Positions 9,284 to 19,037 are shown, counted from the first letter of the stretch. The stretch is DNA of 36,533 nt from Candidatus Micrarchaeota archaeon (GCA_041694885.1 JBGFRX010000041.1:1-36533); one strand, 5' to 3'. A program made the numbers and translations. The notes: generated by a model not told the origin, from the sequence alone.

Positions 9284-10546
9284 TCATGAAAATTCGCCAA
9301 ACGTGCCTTTTTTCGAGGAATTCGTCTGCGGCTTTTCCTTCTTTTTTTTCGTTTTTCCCGTTTTGAATTTTTCCTTTATTTTAGCAGCAGATATTCCGAG
9401 TATGAATGCCACCTCCTCATCCTCGAGCCGGTAAAAATCGGGCGATTCGGGATTTTTGTCCAGGATGTGCTTTAATATATGAATATGGTCCAGCGCCTCC
9501 TTCCAGCCCGAGTGCGTCCTCGCACCTATCTTTCTCCCCACTTCCTTCTGCATTGCCCGATGCGCTGCGGAGGTGCCCATCTGCCTCAAATAGTTGGGGA
9601 ACGAGTAGCGCACGAACCTGAAAGTCCTTTCCTTTTTCGCAAGCGAAACGCCTGCGCTCATCAAGTCCGAGGAATAGCGCAGGAAGCCCCAATACTGCCT
9701 TGAGATTATCCTGCCGTCAAAGACGTCTGCGCGGGAAAGGAAATTATATGCGCTTGCTTTCTCTTCCCTGCTTTCGTATTCAAGCGGTATGTTTTCGTCT
9801 ATCCATAATTTCAGGTAGTCATGCTCCACGTCGCCAAAGCATGCCTTCCGCGACTCCCTGTAAGTTGTGGACTTGAAGACAGTCCGCACACGCTCGAAAA
9901 TGTCCTTTTCCCTGTCGCGCATTTCAGAAACGCCTGTATGCAGGTCGTTTATCGCCGAGCGCAGATCGCCTTTGCACCCATCTGCAATCGCAGCAAGTTC
10001 CTCGTCGCGTGTTTTCATTCCTTCCTTTTCCGCGATTTTCCGCAGCACTTTGCTCACTGAGGACCTGGAGATGCGCCTGAATTCGAGCTGCTGTGCCTCG
10101 TTCCTTATTCCCATCAGCTTCTTTTCCCATATGTTTTCAGCAGTCAGGATGAGCGGCACGCCTGTGCTCTTTATCACGGATACGATCGCGGAAGCGCCTC
10201 CCCTGTCCTTTGCCTGGAGCGCGTCCACGTCATCTATCAGCAGGAGCTTCTTTTTCCCAGATAGCGAGAGCACGCTTCCAGCTGAAGCGAGCACTCTTTC
10301 TACTGCATCAGCATTGCGCAAATCGCCCGTGTTCATCTCTATTAATTCAAGATCGAATTCGTCCCTGAGCGCGTAAGCAACAGCTGTTTTTCCTGTTCCG
10401 GTGGGCCCGTGGATGAGGAGCGGCCGTTGCCTTATTCCCCGAAGCCAGTTTAGTATCCACTGCTTTATCTTAGCCCTTGCCTCGTCGTTGCCCGCAATGT
10501 CGTCTATTTTCTTAGGCATGTATTTCTGCGAAAGCAGCATGGGCAC
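9284..10546 (-). CDS. rfcL: Replication factor C large subunit
   Basis: KYMPK, GPTGTGKT, LLIDDVD, GDLRSAINDL, WIDENIP, SRADVF motifs. Confidence 0.95.
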   Translation of the reverse strand: MPMLLSQKYMPKKIDDIAGNDEARAKIKQWILNWLRGIRQRPLLIHGPTGTGKTAVAYALRDEFDLELIEMNTGDLRNADAVERVLASAGSVLSLSGKKKLLLIDDVDALQAKDRGGASAIVSVIKSTGVPLILTAENIWEKKLMGIRNEAQQLEFRRISRSSVSKVLRKIAEKEGMKTRDEELAAIADGCKGDLRSAINDLHTGVSEMRDREKDIFERVRTVFKSTTYRESRKACFGDVEHDYLKLWIDENIPLEYESREEKASAYNFLSRADVFDGRIISRQYWGFLRYSSDLMSAGVSLAKKERTFRFVRYSFPNYLRQMGTSAAHRAMQKEVGRKIGARTHSGWKEALDHIHILKHILDKNPESPDFYRLEDEEVAFILGISAAKIKEKFKTGKTKKKKEKPQTNSSKKGTFGEFS

Positions 10547-10599
10547 TTATGGACGCATAAATTATTAATGTAATATATGAGCAATTCCGAAACGCAAGA

Positions 10600-10613
10600 A
10601 AACGCTTAATAAG
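10600..10613 (+). promoter_or_regulatory. Putative BRE/TATA of tRNA-Gly
   Basis: AAACGCTTAATAAG ends about 25 nt upstream of the tRNA 5' end. Confidence 0.5.
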
Positions 10614-10636
10614 CCGCCATTATAAATTCTACCTGC

Positions 10637-10862
10637 GCGTTTGTAGTCTAGTGGTAGGATTCTGGCTTCCCAAGCCAGCGACCCGGGTTCAAATGTCAGT
10701 TCAAGGGGAAAGCATCCCCTTGGGCCCACGCTATCAGACCCATCTGTTTATTTAAGCAGAATGGGTTGAAATGGGAAGGTCATACTGTGCCGACACCGCC
10801 CAAAGTTCTTCAAAAGGTGGCATGGGCAACGTCGGGACTGACTGAAAATCCCGGCAGACGCA
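10637..10862 (+). tRNA. tRNA-Gly(CCC) interrupted by an intron at position 59/60
   Basis: Acceptor stem GCGTTTG/CAGACGC, anticodon arm CTGGC-TTCCCAA-GCCAG, T-stem CCGGG/CCCGG; exons 10637-10693 and 10849-10862. Confidence 0.95.
10694..10848 (+). other. 155-nt BHB-type tRNA intron in the T-loop
   Basis: Central helix TTCA/TGAA, two AAT bulges, flanked by the T-stem and GTCAGTTC/GGACTGAC. Confidence 0.92.
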
Positions 10863-10970
10863 AATTTTATTTATAGCATGTGAAAAGGACTGCGCTTACG
10901 AAAGCGGGGATGAAATTTTCCTGGTGGATCCAGGCAGGAAGCCGTAGCTGCTCGCGAAAGGGAAGATTAT

Positions 10971-12677
10971 ATGAAGAACTTGTTTTTGCTCCTGCTCACG
11001 CTTTCCGCTTCATTTGCGCAGTGCGGTGGAAGCGCGTCTCATTACCTTCCTGCAGTTGTTAACGGTAAAGGGGTGCTCGTGAACGTAACGCTCATGCTGG
11101 AGAATGGCAGCGGCGACGCCTACGTGAGCATCTATCCAAGAATGGGAATTTCCACGCAGGAGTCAGTTAGAGCTGCGGTTTCCTACGCATTTTCCGAGAG
11201 CGGGGAGAACAGGAGCGCGTGCGATGTTAAGGTGAAGGCGCACCTTCCGGATAAAACGAGCGGCTATCTGGACGGCCCAAGCGGCGGGGCTGCACTTGCC
11301 CTCATGGCGATTTCCGCGCTCGAAAAAAAGCCGATGCGGCAGGATGCGATGATCACTGGAACAGTAGACAACAGGGGAAAAGTAGGCCAGGTTAGCGGGC
11401 TTTATGAAAAGGCGAAAATCGCAAGGGAAAACGGACTGGAATATTTCCTCACACCTCCGCAGACCCTTTACGAAAGGATATTGCTGCGCATGCTCCAGGG
11501 TGCAAGTGGAGTAAAGATTTTCGAGGTCAGGAACATAATCGAAGCGAAGGCGTTTCTCATTGACGGAAAAAATTTGAGCGCGGAGCGAAAGCCGCCTTAT
11601 GTGGAAGAGATAAGCGGCGACATTCCGCTCTACTCAGCAGCGCACCCTGAATTCAGGAACCTTGCGGAAGAGATGATATCGCTTTTCAACTCGAGCGTGG
11701 GAAAAATATCTCCGCGGATTTTCGAGGAGGAAAAATTGGGCGGATATTTTGCGCAGATGGAAAGCAACGAGCGCTTCCTTCTGGAAAATGGATATTATTT
11801 TTCCGCTGCGAACGACGCGTTCATAAACTATCTGGATGCCGAGACAATCGCGAACGTAGAGGATTTGGATGTGGGAAAATTGGTTTCTCGGATAGAGTCC
11901 TGCATTTCCGAAACAGATACGGTGCAGATGAGCGATGCGAACCTTGCATGGGTCGGAGGGCAGGAAGTAAGGAATGGCTGGGCCCTGAAAAAATTGGGCG
12001 AAGTGAAGGGTGTAAACACCGCGCTCATGGATGAAAAATACCTCGCATATCACAAGGCGATGTACGCTTATGCATGGTGCAGGATTTCCGGAATGCTCGG
12101 CAGAAATGCGCCCAAGGGCGGAAGCACAGCAAACGAGTCGCTGCTGGAGAACCTTAGCGCGGAGTACCTTGAGGCAGCGGACAAAGCAGTTTCGGGCGGC
12201 GCTGACGACGATGTGCTCTGGCACCTGGAAAATGCTGAACAGCTTCACTCACAAGGTCTGTACGCGGGCGCGATAATTGATTCGGTTTTCGCAATAGAGA
12301 TGGAGAATGCAAGCATGATTTATGATTCGGAACCGGAAGCCGCTTTGGCAGAGCTCCAGTCGCTCGCAGGCGAAAGGAGGAGGTCGCTCTGGGGAGATGT
12401 TTATGCAAGCCATGCCTCCTACCTGCTCTGGAAAAAGGAGAATGCAACCGCGTACAATCTTTTCCGGTTCGCAAAAGGGCTGGACATAGCTGAAGAAAAG
12501 ATGCGAATGGAGATAAGGAGAGGGCGAGCTACGCAACCTGAATCTTCCGATGAGCCCTGCATCCATATTTTCGGATTGGCGCTCATGGCCGCTGGAGTTG
12601 CAGCAACTTATTTCCTTCTTTTAGCCAAACAAAAAACAAAAGTGAATAAAAAGAAGGTGCGGGGTGCAATGCAATGA
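10971..12677 (+). CDS. Secreted, membrane-anchored S16 (Lon-C-type) serine protease without ATPase domain
   Basis: Signal peptide, DGPSGGAA (Ser), ITGTV..GKVGQVSGLYEK (Lys), C-terminal TM plus basic tail. Confidence 0.88.
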   Translation: MKNLFLLLLTLSASFAQCGGSASHYLPAVVNGKGVLVNVTLMLENGSGDAYVSIYPRMGISTQESVRAAVSYAFSESGENRSACDVKVKAHLPDKTSGYLDGPSGGAALALMAISALEKKPMRQDAMITGTVDNRGKVGQVSGLYEKAKIARENGLEYFLTPPQTLYERILLRMLQGASGVKIFEVRNIIEAKAFLIDGKNLSAERKPPYVEEISGDIPLYSAAHPEFRNLAEEMISLFNSSVGKISPRIFEEEKLGGYFAQMESNERFLLENGYYFSAANDAFINYLDAETIANVEDLDVGKLVSRIESCISETDTVQMSDANLAWVGGQEVRNGWALKKLGEVKGVNTALMDEKYLAYHKAMYAYAWCRISGMLGRNAPKGGSTANESLLENLSAEYLEAADKAVSGGADDDVLWHLENAEQLHSQGLYAGAIIDSVFAIEMENASMIYDSEPEAALAELQSLAGERRRSLWGDVYASHASYLLWKKENATAYNLFRFAKGLDIAEEKMRMEIRRGRATQPESSDEPCIHIFGLALMAAGVAATYFLLLAKQKTKVNKKKVRGAMQ

Positions 12678-12715
12678 AATAAAAATTTGCTTTTGCAAAT
12701 AAATCCGTGACCAAA

Positions 12716-13519
12716 ATGGGCGCTGCAGAAATTTCATCCCTTATTGAGTTGAGCAAGAAGGTCGCGGAGCTCGAATTCAAGAAGAACTACCTTCTTCACA
12801 AGGGTAGGACACGCGAAGACGCGACCGTAATCTCTATTGCAACCGAGCTGGAGCACCTTTCCAGACAGGTGAACGAGCTGGAGAGCAGGATAACCATCCG
12901 GGAGGCGATATTCTACCCTAATGAAAAGCGGCTTGCGGAATTCAAGGCAAATCTGGCAAAATATGGCGTCGCAGAAATCGCGAACGCGATGGAGAGGAAG
13001 GAAGGCGAACTCTACACGCTTCTCGAAAAGCGCGGCCGCCTCCTCAAGAAAAATTACGAGAGGCGGAAGGAAATCGCTGCGTTAGTGGAATTCGTGAATA
13101 GCATGCCCTCGAAAAGCAGGGAGGAAATAAGCGAAAGGATCAGGGAGGGGAAAATCGGGATATTGGATGCGAGCACGCTGAGCGAGAACGAGCGCATGAA
13201 GCTGTTCCGGCTCCTCAATCGCGCAGGAATCCCGTGTTTCGTGGAGGCGCACAAACTCGTTTCGGAAAGCAAAAAAGGAATCAGTTGGGCAGAGACCAGA
13301 GTTACCCTGAACGGAAGCGGCGTGTGGACGGAACCAGACGAAGAGGCGGAAATAGCAAAATTCGGGGAAGAGCTCGCCAATACTGGGAATCTGATACAGG
13401 TGACCAACGCGGAAAGGCAGGTGAGGAAATTCAGCGCTGACGAGGAAAAACAGTTCCGCGAGTTGCAGAAAAAATATTTGGGCCTGTTAAGGAAAAGAGA
13501 CGCACTCCTTTCGCGCTAA
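12716..13519 (+). CDS. Hypothetical helical/coiled-coil protein
   Basis: About 267-aa E/K/R-rich ORF filling the gap between recognised genes; no motif recognised. Confidence 0.75.
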   Translation: MGAAEISSLIELSKKVAELEFKKNYLLHKGRTREDATVISIATELEHLSRQVNELESRITIREAIFYPNEKRLAEFKANLAKYGVAEIANAMERKEGELYTLLEKRGRLLKKNYERRKEIAALVEFVNSMPSKSREEISERIREGKIGILDASTLSENERMKLFRLLNRAGIPCFVEAHKLVSESKKGISWAETRVTLNGSGVWTEPDEEAEIAKFGEELANTGNLIQVTNAERQVRKFSADEEKQFRELQKKYLGLLRKRDALLSR

Positions 13520-15126
13520 ATCTTTTTTGAAACGTAAGGTCCTTCAGGTACATAGCCCCTTTTGTAATAATATGGCTTCACCCCTGCACCACTTATAGCC
13601 AAAACCTTATTTTTATCCAATTCCTCTTTGGATATTTTTTCCGCTTCTGAGAGGAGCTGTGAGCCGAACCCCCTGTGCTGGATTCCCCCTTTGCTCTCTT
13701 CTTTCCTTTCGCCAAGAGCCATTTCCTCACCATAAACGTGCAATTCGCGGATGAGTGCTGTATTTTCGTCTATTTCTTTCCGTACCGCGTCCATGTTGAT
13801 CCTGTTGCGCTCCGCATTTTCTCCGTCCTTTTCTCCTGAAATGCGCAGGCGCAGAAAGCCGGCGAGCGCACCGCTTCTCCTATCCTCTATTGAAAGGAAA
13901 ATTTCCGTTCCTCCGCTCGCACTGTATTCGAGGCGGCAGAGGTGCGGCTCCTCTATTTTGCTGAAATTCAGTCCTGCTTCCCTATACCTTATCTCATTTA
14001 TCTCTATTCCGAGCGATTCTGCCTTTTTTTCCACGATTTCACGGAGGTTGCTTTTTTTCACTCCTTCTGATATAAGATTGGCAGGGATGTCGCGCTGGAT
14101 GCGCATCACGCGCACGTATTTCGGAATATGCCGGTATGCCTTTGCTATGATTTCCGCTGCCTTCTCGCTCGAATAGGGCACGTATTTTTTTTCCAACGTC
14201 ATTTCATGAAGCCTGGTACCTGGAATCACGAGCGTAGGGTATATCTTCAACATGTCGGGTCTGAACCGTTCGTCGGAAAAAATTTTCCCCAACATTTCCA
14301 TATCCTTTTTCGGAGAGGAGCCGGGCAGGCCTGGCATGAGATGGTATGCGACCTTGAATGAGGAGTCCTTGAGCAGTTGCGTCGCCTCCGCTACGTCTCC
14401 CACAGTGTGCCCGCGGTTTATCTTTCTGTAAATCACATCGGACGGATTCTGGACCCCCAATTCGCATTTGGTCGCCCCGTAGCCAAGCATTTCCCCTATT
14501 TCTTCTTTTCCGCATACGTCAGGCCGCGTCTCAATGGCGAGCCCAACCATGCGGTGCCTGGCAGTAGCGTTCATTGCTTTGGCACTTTCGACATCCTTGG
14601 ATCGCTTTCCGTTGAGCGCGTCGTAAATTCGTTTCACAAAATTTTTCCTGTATTCGGCAGGCATGGAGAGAAAAGTGCCGCCCATTATTATGGCATCGCA
14701 TTTTTCCGTCTTATGTCCGTTTATTTCGAACTGCATGAGCCGCGCTTTCACCTGCTTGAACGGGTCGAACGAATTGTCCTTTGCGCGCAGAGCTGCAGGT
14801 TCGCCTCCAGTGTAGCTTTTCGGTGCCTTTCCAGTGTACGGGCAGTATATGCAGCCCCACCTACATGAGCCCCTGGGCCGCACCATCACGGCAATTGGAG
14901 CAACGCCCGAGAGGGTGCGCATGGGCTTCCTTTTCAGGAGCGCCGCTATTTCTTCAGTGTGTTTTGCCTTCGGGAATTTTTCCGCTATTGCACTGTTCCT
15001 TATCTGCCCCTTCAGGCCAAGCCGGATGCACGCTTCGCGCTTTATCGCCTCCAGCTTTCTCTCACCTTTCAAAATGCGCTCCACAATATAGGCAATTGCC
15101 GCAGCCATTTTCCCGGTTTCATCCAT
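13516..15126 (-). CDS. elp3: Elp3 radical SAM/GNAT tRNA U34 modification enzyme
   Basis: RTLSGVAP, CRWGCIYCP, MGGTF, ETRPD, LKIYP, IRELHVYG, QHRGFG motifs. Confidence 0.97.
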   Translation of the reverse strand: MDETGKMAAAIAYIVERILKGERKLEAIKREACIRLGLKGQIRNSAIAEKFPKAKHTEEIAALLKRKPMRTLSGVAPIAVMVRPRGSCRWGCIYCPYTGKAPKSYTGGEPAALRAKDNSFDPFKQVKARLMQFEINGHKTEKCDAIIMGGTFLSMPAEYRKNFVKRIYDALNGKRSKDVESAKAMNATARHRMVGLAIETRPDVCGKEEIGEMLGYGATKCELGVQNPSDVIYRKINRGHTVGDVAEATQLLKDSSFKVAYHLMPGLPGSSPKKDMEMLGKIFSDERFRPDMLKIYPTLVIPGTRLHEMTLEKKYVPYSSEKAAEIIAKAYRHIPKYVRVMRIQRDIPANLISEGVKKSNLREIVEKKAESLGIEINEIRYREAGLNFSKIEEPHLCRLEYSASGGTEIFLSIEDRRSGALAGFLRLRISGEKDGENAERNRINMDAVRKEIDENTALIRELHVYGEEMALGERKEESKGGIQHRGFGSQLLSEAEKISKEELDKNKVLAISGAGVKPYYYKRGYVPEGPYVSKKI

Positions 15127-15165
15127 TGTGCTCAGCCTGCCATAAACCAACGGAACGCCGCAAAA

Positions 15166-15972
15166 TCAGAGAAAGTTGGAAATGAGCCCTGCGAGTGAAT
15201 ATATTATACCGCTCATAGCCGGGAAAAAAAGCATTCCATTGTTCGTTGCCTTGTAATCCGCAGCAAGCGAGGGATGCACGCTCACGCTCGCATTCAGCGT
15301 CTTGTTTATCATCGCAGACGATTCAGAGACAACGGAAATCGCAGGGGAAAAACTGCCCTCTTCGGCGCTCACCACTTCATAGAATATCGTCTTGGAACTC
15401 TTTGCAGGCATATATACGTATTTCTTGAAAGCCCATTTCGGAACGTTGGACGAGCTCACGCTGAACACGTCGCCCGTGCTTGCCTTGTTCTCGAGTGTTA
15501 TGTAAAATCTCGCCGGCTGGCCGGAAAGCAACTCCTTTTTGTCGCTGTCCAGCGATGCATCCAGCACGTCGTGCGTGATTTTCAACCGCACGGAAAATGT
15601 TATGTTGCCCAATTTCTCCTTGTCGCCTTCGTCAACCACATTCACGATTGCAGAGTATTCTCCTTCTGCAGCGTGCTTGTTCGCAGTTATCTTCACCTGG
15701 AGTGGAATTCCTGCCCAGTCGCTTTCCTTCATGCTCCAGCCAGCAGGAAGCTCTGAAACAAAAGCAAGGTCATAAGTACCTCCGAGCCCGAATATCCCTC
15801 CTGTTTTCGGCCTGCCGTCCAAGGCAATGGAAATCGTCTGGCCCGGCCCTATCTCGCCTAAATAGATTTCGTCGCCATTCGAGACGTCCTTCTGGAACGG
15901 CTCGAGCATAGGGATCGCGTAAAGCAAAGGCGCGAGCAGCACGAGCAAAAGCATCGTTTTCGTAATCGCCAT
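15166..15972 (-). CDS. Secreted/cell-surface protein, probably beta-sandwich domains
   Basis: Signal peptide MLLLVLLAPLLYA, beta-rich middle, hydrophobic C-terminus. Confidence 0.7.
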   Translation of the reverse strand: MAITKTMLLLVLLAPLLYAIPMLEPFQKDVSNGDEIYLGEIGPGQTISIALDGRPKTGGIFGLGGTYDLAFVSELPAGWSMKESDWAGIPLQVKITANKHAAEGEYSAIVNVVDEGDKEKLGNITFSVRLKITHDVLDASLDSDKKELLSGQPARFYITLENKASTGDVFSVSSSNVPKWAFKKYVYMPAKSSKTIFYEVVSAEEGSFSPAISVVSESSAMINKTLNASVSVHPSLAADYKATNNGMLFFPAMSGIIYSLAGLISNFL

Positions 15973-16010
15973 GCAATCAGTTTTGTGTATTACATTTTTA
16001 ATGATATATC

Positions 16011-16796
16011 TCATTGAATTTTCTTAATCATGGAAGGGAGTTCGGTAATGTCCTTCAGAACCAGTTCGGGCCTGATTTTTCCGTCCTTTTCCAACTCATC
16101 GCGCCCGGTGTTGCCGCTCAGCACGAGTACTGATTTCACCCTTGCATTTTTCGCCATCATTATGTCCGTTTCCAGAGTGTCGCCTACTATCACGATTTCC
16201 TCCTTTTTCAGATGGTGCTCGCGCATTATCGTCTTTATCAGGTACGCGTTTGGCTTTCCTATCACAATTGAAGGCCGTTTTCCGGTGGAAAAGCGCAGGC
16301 CTGCAACAATTGCCCCTGCGCCCGGCTTCAACCCGTCTTCCACGGGGAATGTCCTGTCTTCGTTCGAGGCGATGAACACCGCGCCCTTGAGCAGCGCCCT
16401 GCACGCTTTCGTGAGCTTTTCGTAATTTATCCCGCTGTCGAAAGCAACTGCGACCACGTCCGCGTTTTCGTCATCCACTGCGTTAAGCCCTTTCAATCGC
16501 AGTTCCTCCTCCAGCCCTCCGCTGCTTATCGCGTAAACCCCTGCATTTGGATATTTTTTGGAAATATAGTCAGCAACTCCGTACGATGCCGGGTAGCATT
16601 CTTCCTCAACTGCGCTTATCCCCGCATTGAGGAGTTTTTGCAAAAGCGACCTCCTGCTTCTTCCCCCGTTGTTGGTAAGGAAGAATATCCTGAAACCGGA
16701 AACGCGCAGCTTTTCTATCGCCTCAGCCGCGCCTTTCACCTGGGTTTTCCCGAGCAGAACAACCCCATCTATATCCAGGATTATCGCCTTCATCAT
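16011..16796 (-). CDS. HAD-IIA (NagD-like) hydrolase
   Basis: LDIDGV, FLTNN, IGKPN, VGDTLETDI, VLSG; GGTGA RBS. Confidence 0.95.
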   Translation of the reverse strand: MMKAIILDIDGVVLLGKTQVKGAAEAIEKLRVSGFRIFFLTNNGGRSRRSLLQKLLNAGISAVEEECYPASYGVADYISKKYPNAGVYAISSGGLEEELRLKGLNAVDDENADVVAVAFDSGINYEKLTKACRALLKGAVFIASNEDRTFPVEDGLKPGAGAIVAGLRFSTGKRPSIVIGKPNAYLIKTIMREHHLKKEEIVIVGDTLETDIMMAKNARVKSVLVLSGNTGRDELEKDGKIRPELVLKDITELPSMIKKIQ

Positions 16797-16800
16797 TTTC

Positions 16801-17088
16801 TCACCCGTAATCAACGTAAAACCATCTGAACTCCGGCTTTGCCGTCTTTTTCTTCTCCACGATCTCGACCTTCTCCGCGTTGATAAGGCCGTCTTTGCGC
16901 AGAAGCATCTTCCTGAACTGTTCGAATTCCGCCTCGCTTCCGCACTCGCAGACAATCTCCACGCTTTCGCCGTCAGGCAGGTTTTTCACTTTTCCATTTA
17001 TCCTGAGGTCGCGCGCAAGCGTGGAAACGAATGCTCTGTATCCCACTCCCTGCACCCTGCCCAAAACGATGACTTTCGCGCTTATCAT
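16801..17088 (-). CDS. acyP: Acylphosphatase
   Basis: GRVQGVGYR and GKVKNLPDG signatures. Confidence 0.95.
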   Translation of the reverse strand: MISAKVIVLGRVQGVGYRAFVSTLARDLRINGKVKNLPDGESVEIVCECGSEAEFEQFRKMLLRKDGLINAEKVEIVEKKKTAKPEFRWFYVDYG

Positions 17089-17120
17089 ACGTTTTATATG
17101 CTTTCAGTGGGAAAATAAAA

Positions 17121-17185
17121 ATGTGATGAGTACTTGGAGAACCGACCCTTCTGGGAATGACGAGAACAACTTGACTCTGACACAT
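17121..17185 (+). ncRNA. C/D box methylation guide sRNA
   Basis: C GTGATGA 17123-29, D' CCGA 17142-45, C' ATGACGA 17157-63, D CTGA 17177-80; 12- and 13-nt guides; upstream TTTTATAT and downstream T-tract. Confidence 0.85.
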
Positions 17186-17342
17186 GTTTCTTTTCTTTTT
17201 CGCGAAAAAGAACAAGTTTGTATCAATCCCAAAAAAAACAGCGCAACTGCGGCTGTAGTTCCTTAATTTACAACAAAATACAAACAATTAAAAACCGCGA
17301 ATGGAGCAATTAAATAGTGAGAGACGCAGCGAAGGTTATGCC

Positions 17343-19037
17343 ATGATAATAAGGAAAAAACCGCCGAAGAAATACCTCGAACTCGCGATATACGCGGAGA
17401 AAATAGTCAAAGATGATTACGAGAAATTCTTCAACAACCTGATAAAGAGGAGAATACCGTTTCTTGGGCTCATAGACCTCTCGGACATATTGTCCGTGAG
17501 CGGCCTCAACCTCGTGATAAAGAGGTACAACAACACAATAAAAATTCTCATGGAGGACAAGGACAACCTTTACGGTCAGTCGCCGCTTTTCTTCCCTTTC
17601 AGGATGAGTGAGCCGAGCGAGTTCGAACTGATGCAGAGCCGTTTCTCACTCGGAATGTATTTCATGGGCAGCAGCCACAATCTTTTCGACTTCCTCATAA
17701 AGGAGAACGTGGAGGAGATAAGGGTAAAGGTGATGAAGATTCTGGGGAAGTTCCACGGGATAGGGAACACCATAGACAAAAACAGGAAAAGGAGTATGAT
17801 ATTCATTTCCAATCCCACGAAGTTCTTCGAAATAGATCTCGAGAAGAATCCCGCTTTCTACATAGAGCTTCTGGATCCCATACCGAAGGCGATAAACATA
17901 AGCTCAAAGGACCCCGTTTTCGAGTACGACAGCATAAAGATAGGGCTGGACAACTTCAGCGCCCTCCAACACACCATACTTACCGGAACCTCAGGAAGCG
18001 GAAAAACCAAGCTCCTCGAGATCCTGATAAAGGCGGTGAAAAGGAAATACGGAGACGAGGTTCGCCTGATGGTTATAGACCCGCACGCCGAGTTCTCAAA
18101 ATCGCTCGGTCATGAAAAGGTGGTGGACTTCATACACAACTACGTCGAACCGCTGGACGTGGGGAAGGAAAGGAGTCCGCTCATCACCCAGCTCATTGCC
18201 CAGCTCATTACCTCCACGCTTGCGCAGGAGAACAAGTACGCTGAAAGGATCGTCTTCTATTCCGTACACCTTCTCGCTTCCATAGGAGAACTCACACTCC
18301 AGAACATGAACCTTCTCCTTACCGATTCAGCGAAAAGAACCGGGTTCAGCTCGCGCTGCGAGAACGACGAGGTAAGGCGCTTCTTTGACGAGGAGTTCCA
18401 GGACATATACATGCACCACTTCAACGACGCGATTCTTCCGGTGATAAACTTCATAGGCGAATATCTTCTTTATTTAGGCAAGGACAGGAAACTCGAGAAC
18501 CTTGAGGCCCTCATAAACAGCAACCAGATAACCGTGGTTTCGTTCAACCCGCACTTCTTCGGAAGGAAAATAATCAGGTTCTTCGCAGGTTCGATAATAA
18601 ACCAGATGTACATGCTCGCGATAAGCGAGCGGCTCAAAAGGCCCACTGTTTTGGTGGTGGACGAATTCCCAGTAGTGGAAAGCAGGGTGGTGAAGGACAT
18701 ACTCTCAGAGACGCGCAAATTCAACCTTTTCGTGTGGATTTCCGGGCAGTATTTGGGCCAGATTTCGAAAATCGTGCTCGACGCGCTCATAAGCAACGTG
18801 CGCAACATCGTCGCATTCAGGGTTACGAAGGAGGATGCGCGGCTCCTCCAGTCCATGATGGAAATAAAAGTGGAGGAATTTTTCAAGAAGCGCGTTTCGC
18901 CCAGCGAACTGGAGGAATCCAAAAGGGAGATGTTCATAAAACTGAACCCGAGGGAATGCATAGTGCGCCTTTTCGACGGCGTGAAGTACATTCTGCCAAT
19001 GAAAGTCAGGAGCGCGGACGCGGAGAAGTGGAAATAG
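17343..19037 (+). CDS. HerA/VirB4/VirD4-like P-loop ATPase (DUF87-type)
   Basis: GTSGSGKT, VIDPHAEF, LVVDEF, ETRKFNL, GQYLGQ, NIVAFR motifs. Confidence 0.88.
   Translation: MIIRKKPPKKYLELAIYAEKIVKDDYEKFFNNLIKRRIPFLGLIDLSDILSVSGLNLVIKRYNNTIKILMEDKDNLYGQSPLFFPFRMSEPSEFELMQSRFSLGMYFMGSSHNLFDFLIKENVEEIRVKVMKILGKFHGIGNTIDKNRKRSMIFISNPTKFFEIDLEKNPAFYIELLDPIPKAINISSKDPVFEYDSIKIGLDNFSALQHTILTGTSGSGKTKLLEILIKAVKRKYGDEVRLMVIDPHAEFSKSLGHEKVVDFIHNYVEPLDVGKERSPLITQLIAQLITSTLAQENKYAERIVFYSVHLLASIGELTLQNMNLLLTDSAKRTGFSSRCENDEVRRFFDEEFQDIYMHHFNDAILPVINFIGEYLLYLGKDRKLENLEALINSNQITVVSFNPHFFGRKIIRFFAGSIINQMYMLAISERLKRPTVLVVDEFPVVESRVVKDILSETRKFNLFVWISGQYLGQISKIVLDALISNVRNIVAFRVTKEDARLLQSMMEIKVEEFFKKRVSPSELEESKREMFIKLNPRECIVRLFDGVKYILPMKVRSADAEKWK

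Noticed and set aside
10694..10848. tRNA insert as a group I intron, cobalamin riboswitch or prophage att site
   Set aside because: No P7-type motifs or terminal G, only a GGGAAGG fragment of the riboswitch pattern, and no integrase; a perfect BHB explains the boundaries
10880..10965. Possible SRP RNA (CCAGGCAGGAAGCCGTAGC) or other ncRNA
   Set aside because: Helix-8 pairing and the AGCAG motif do not fit, and the region is too short
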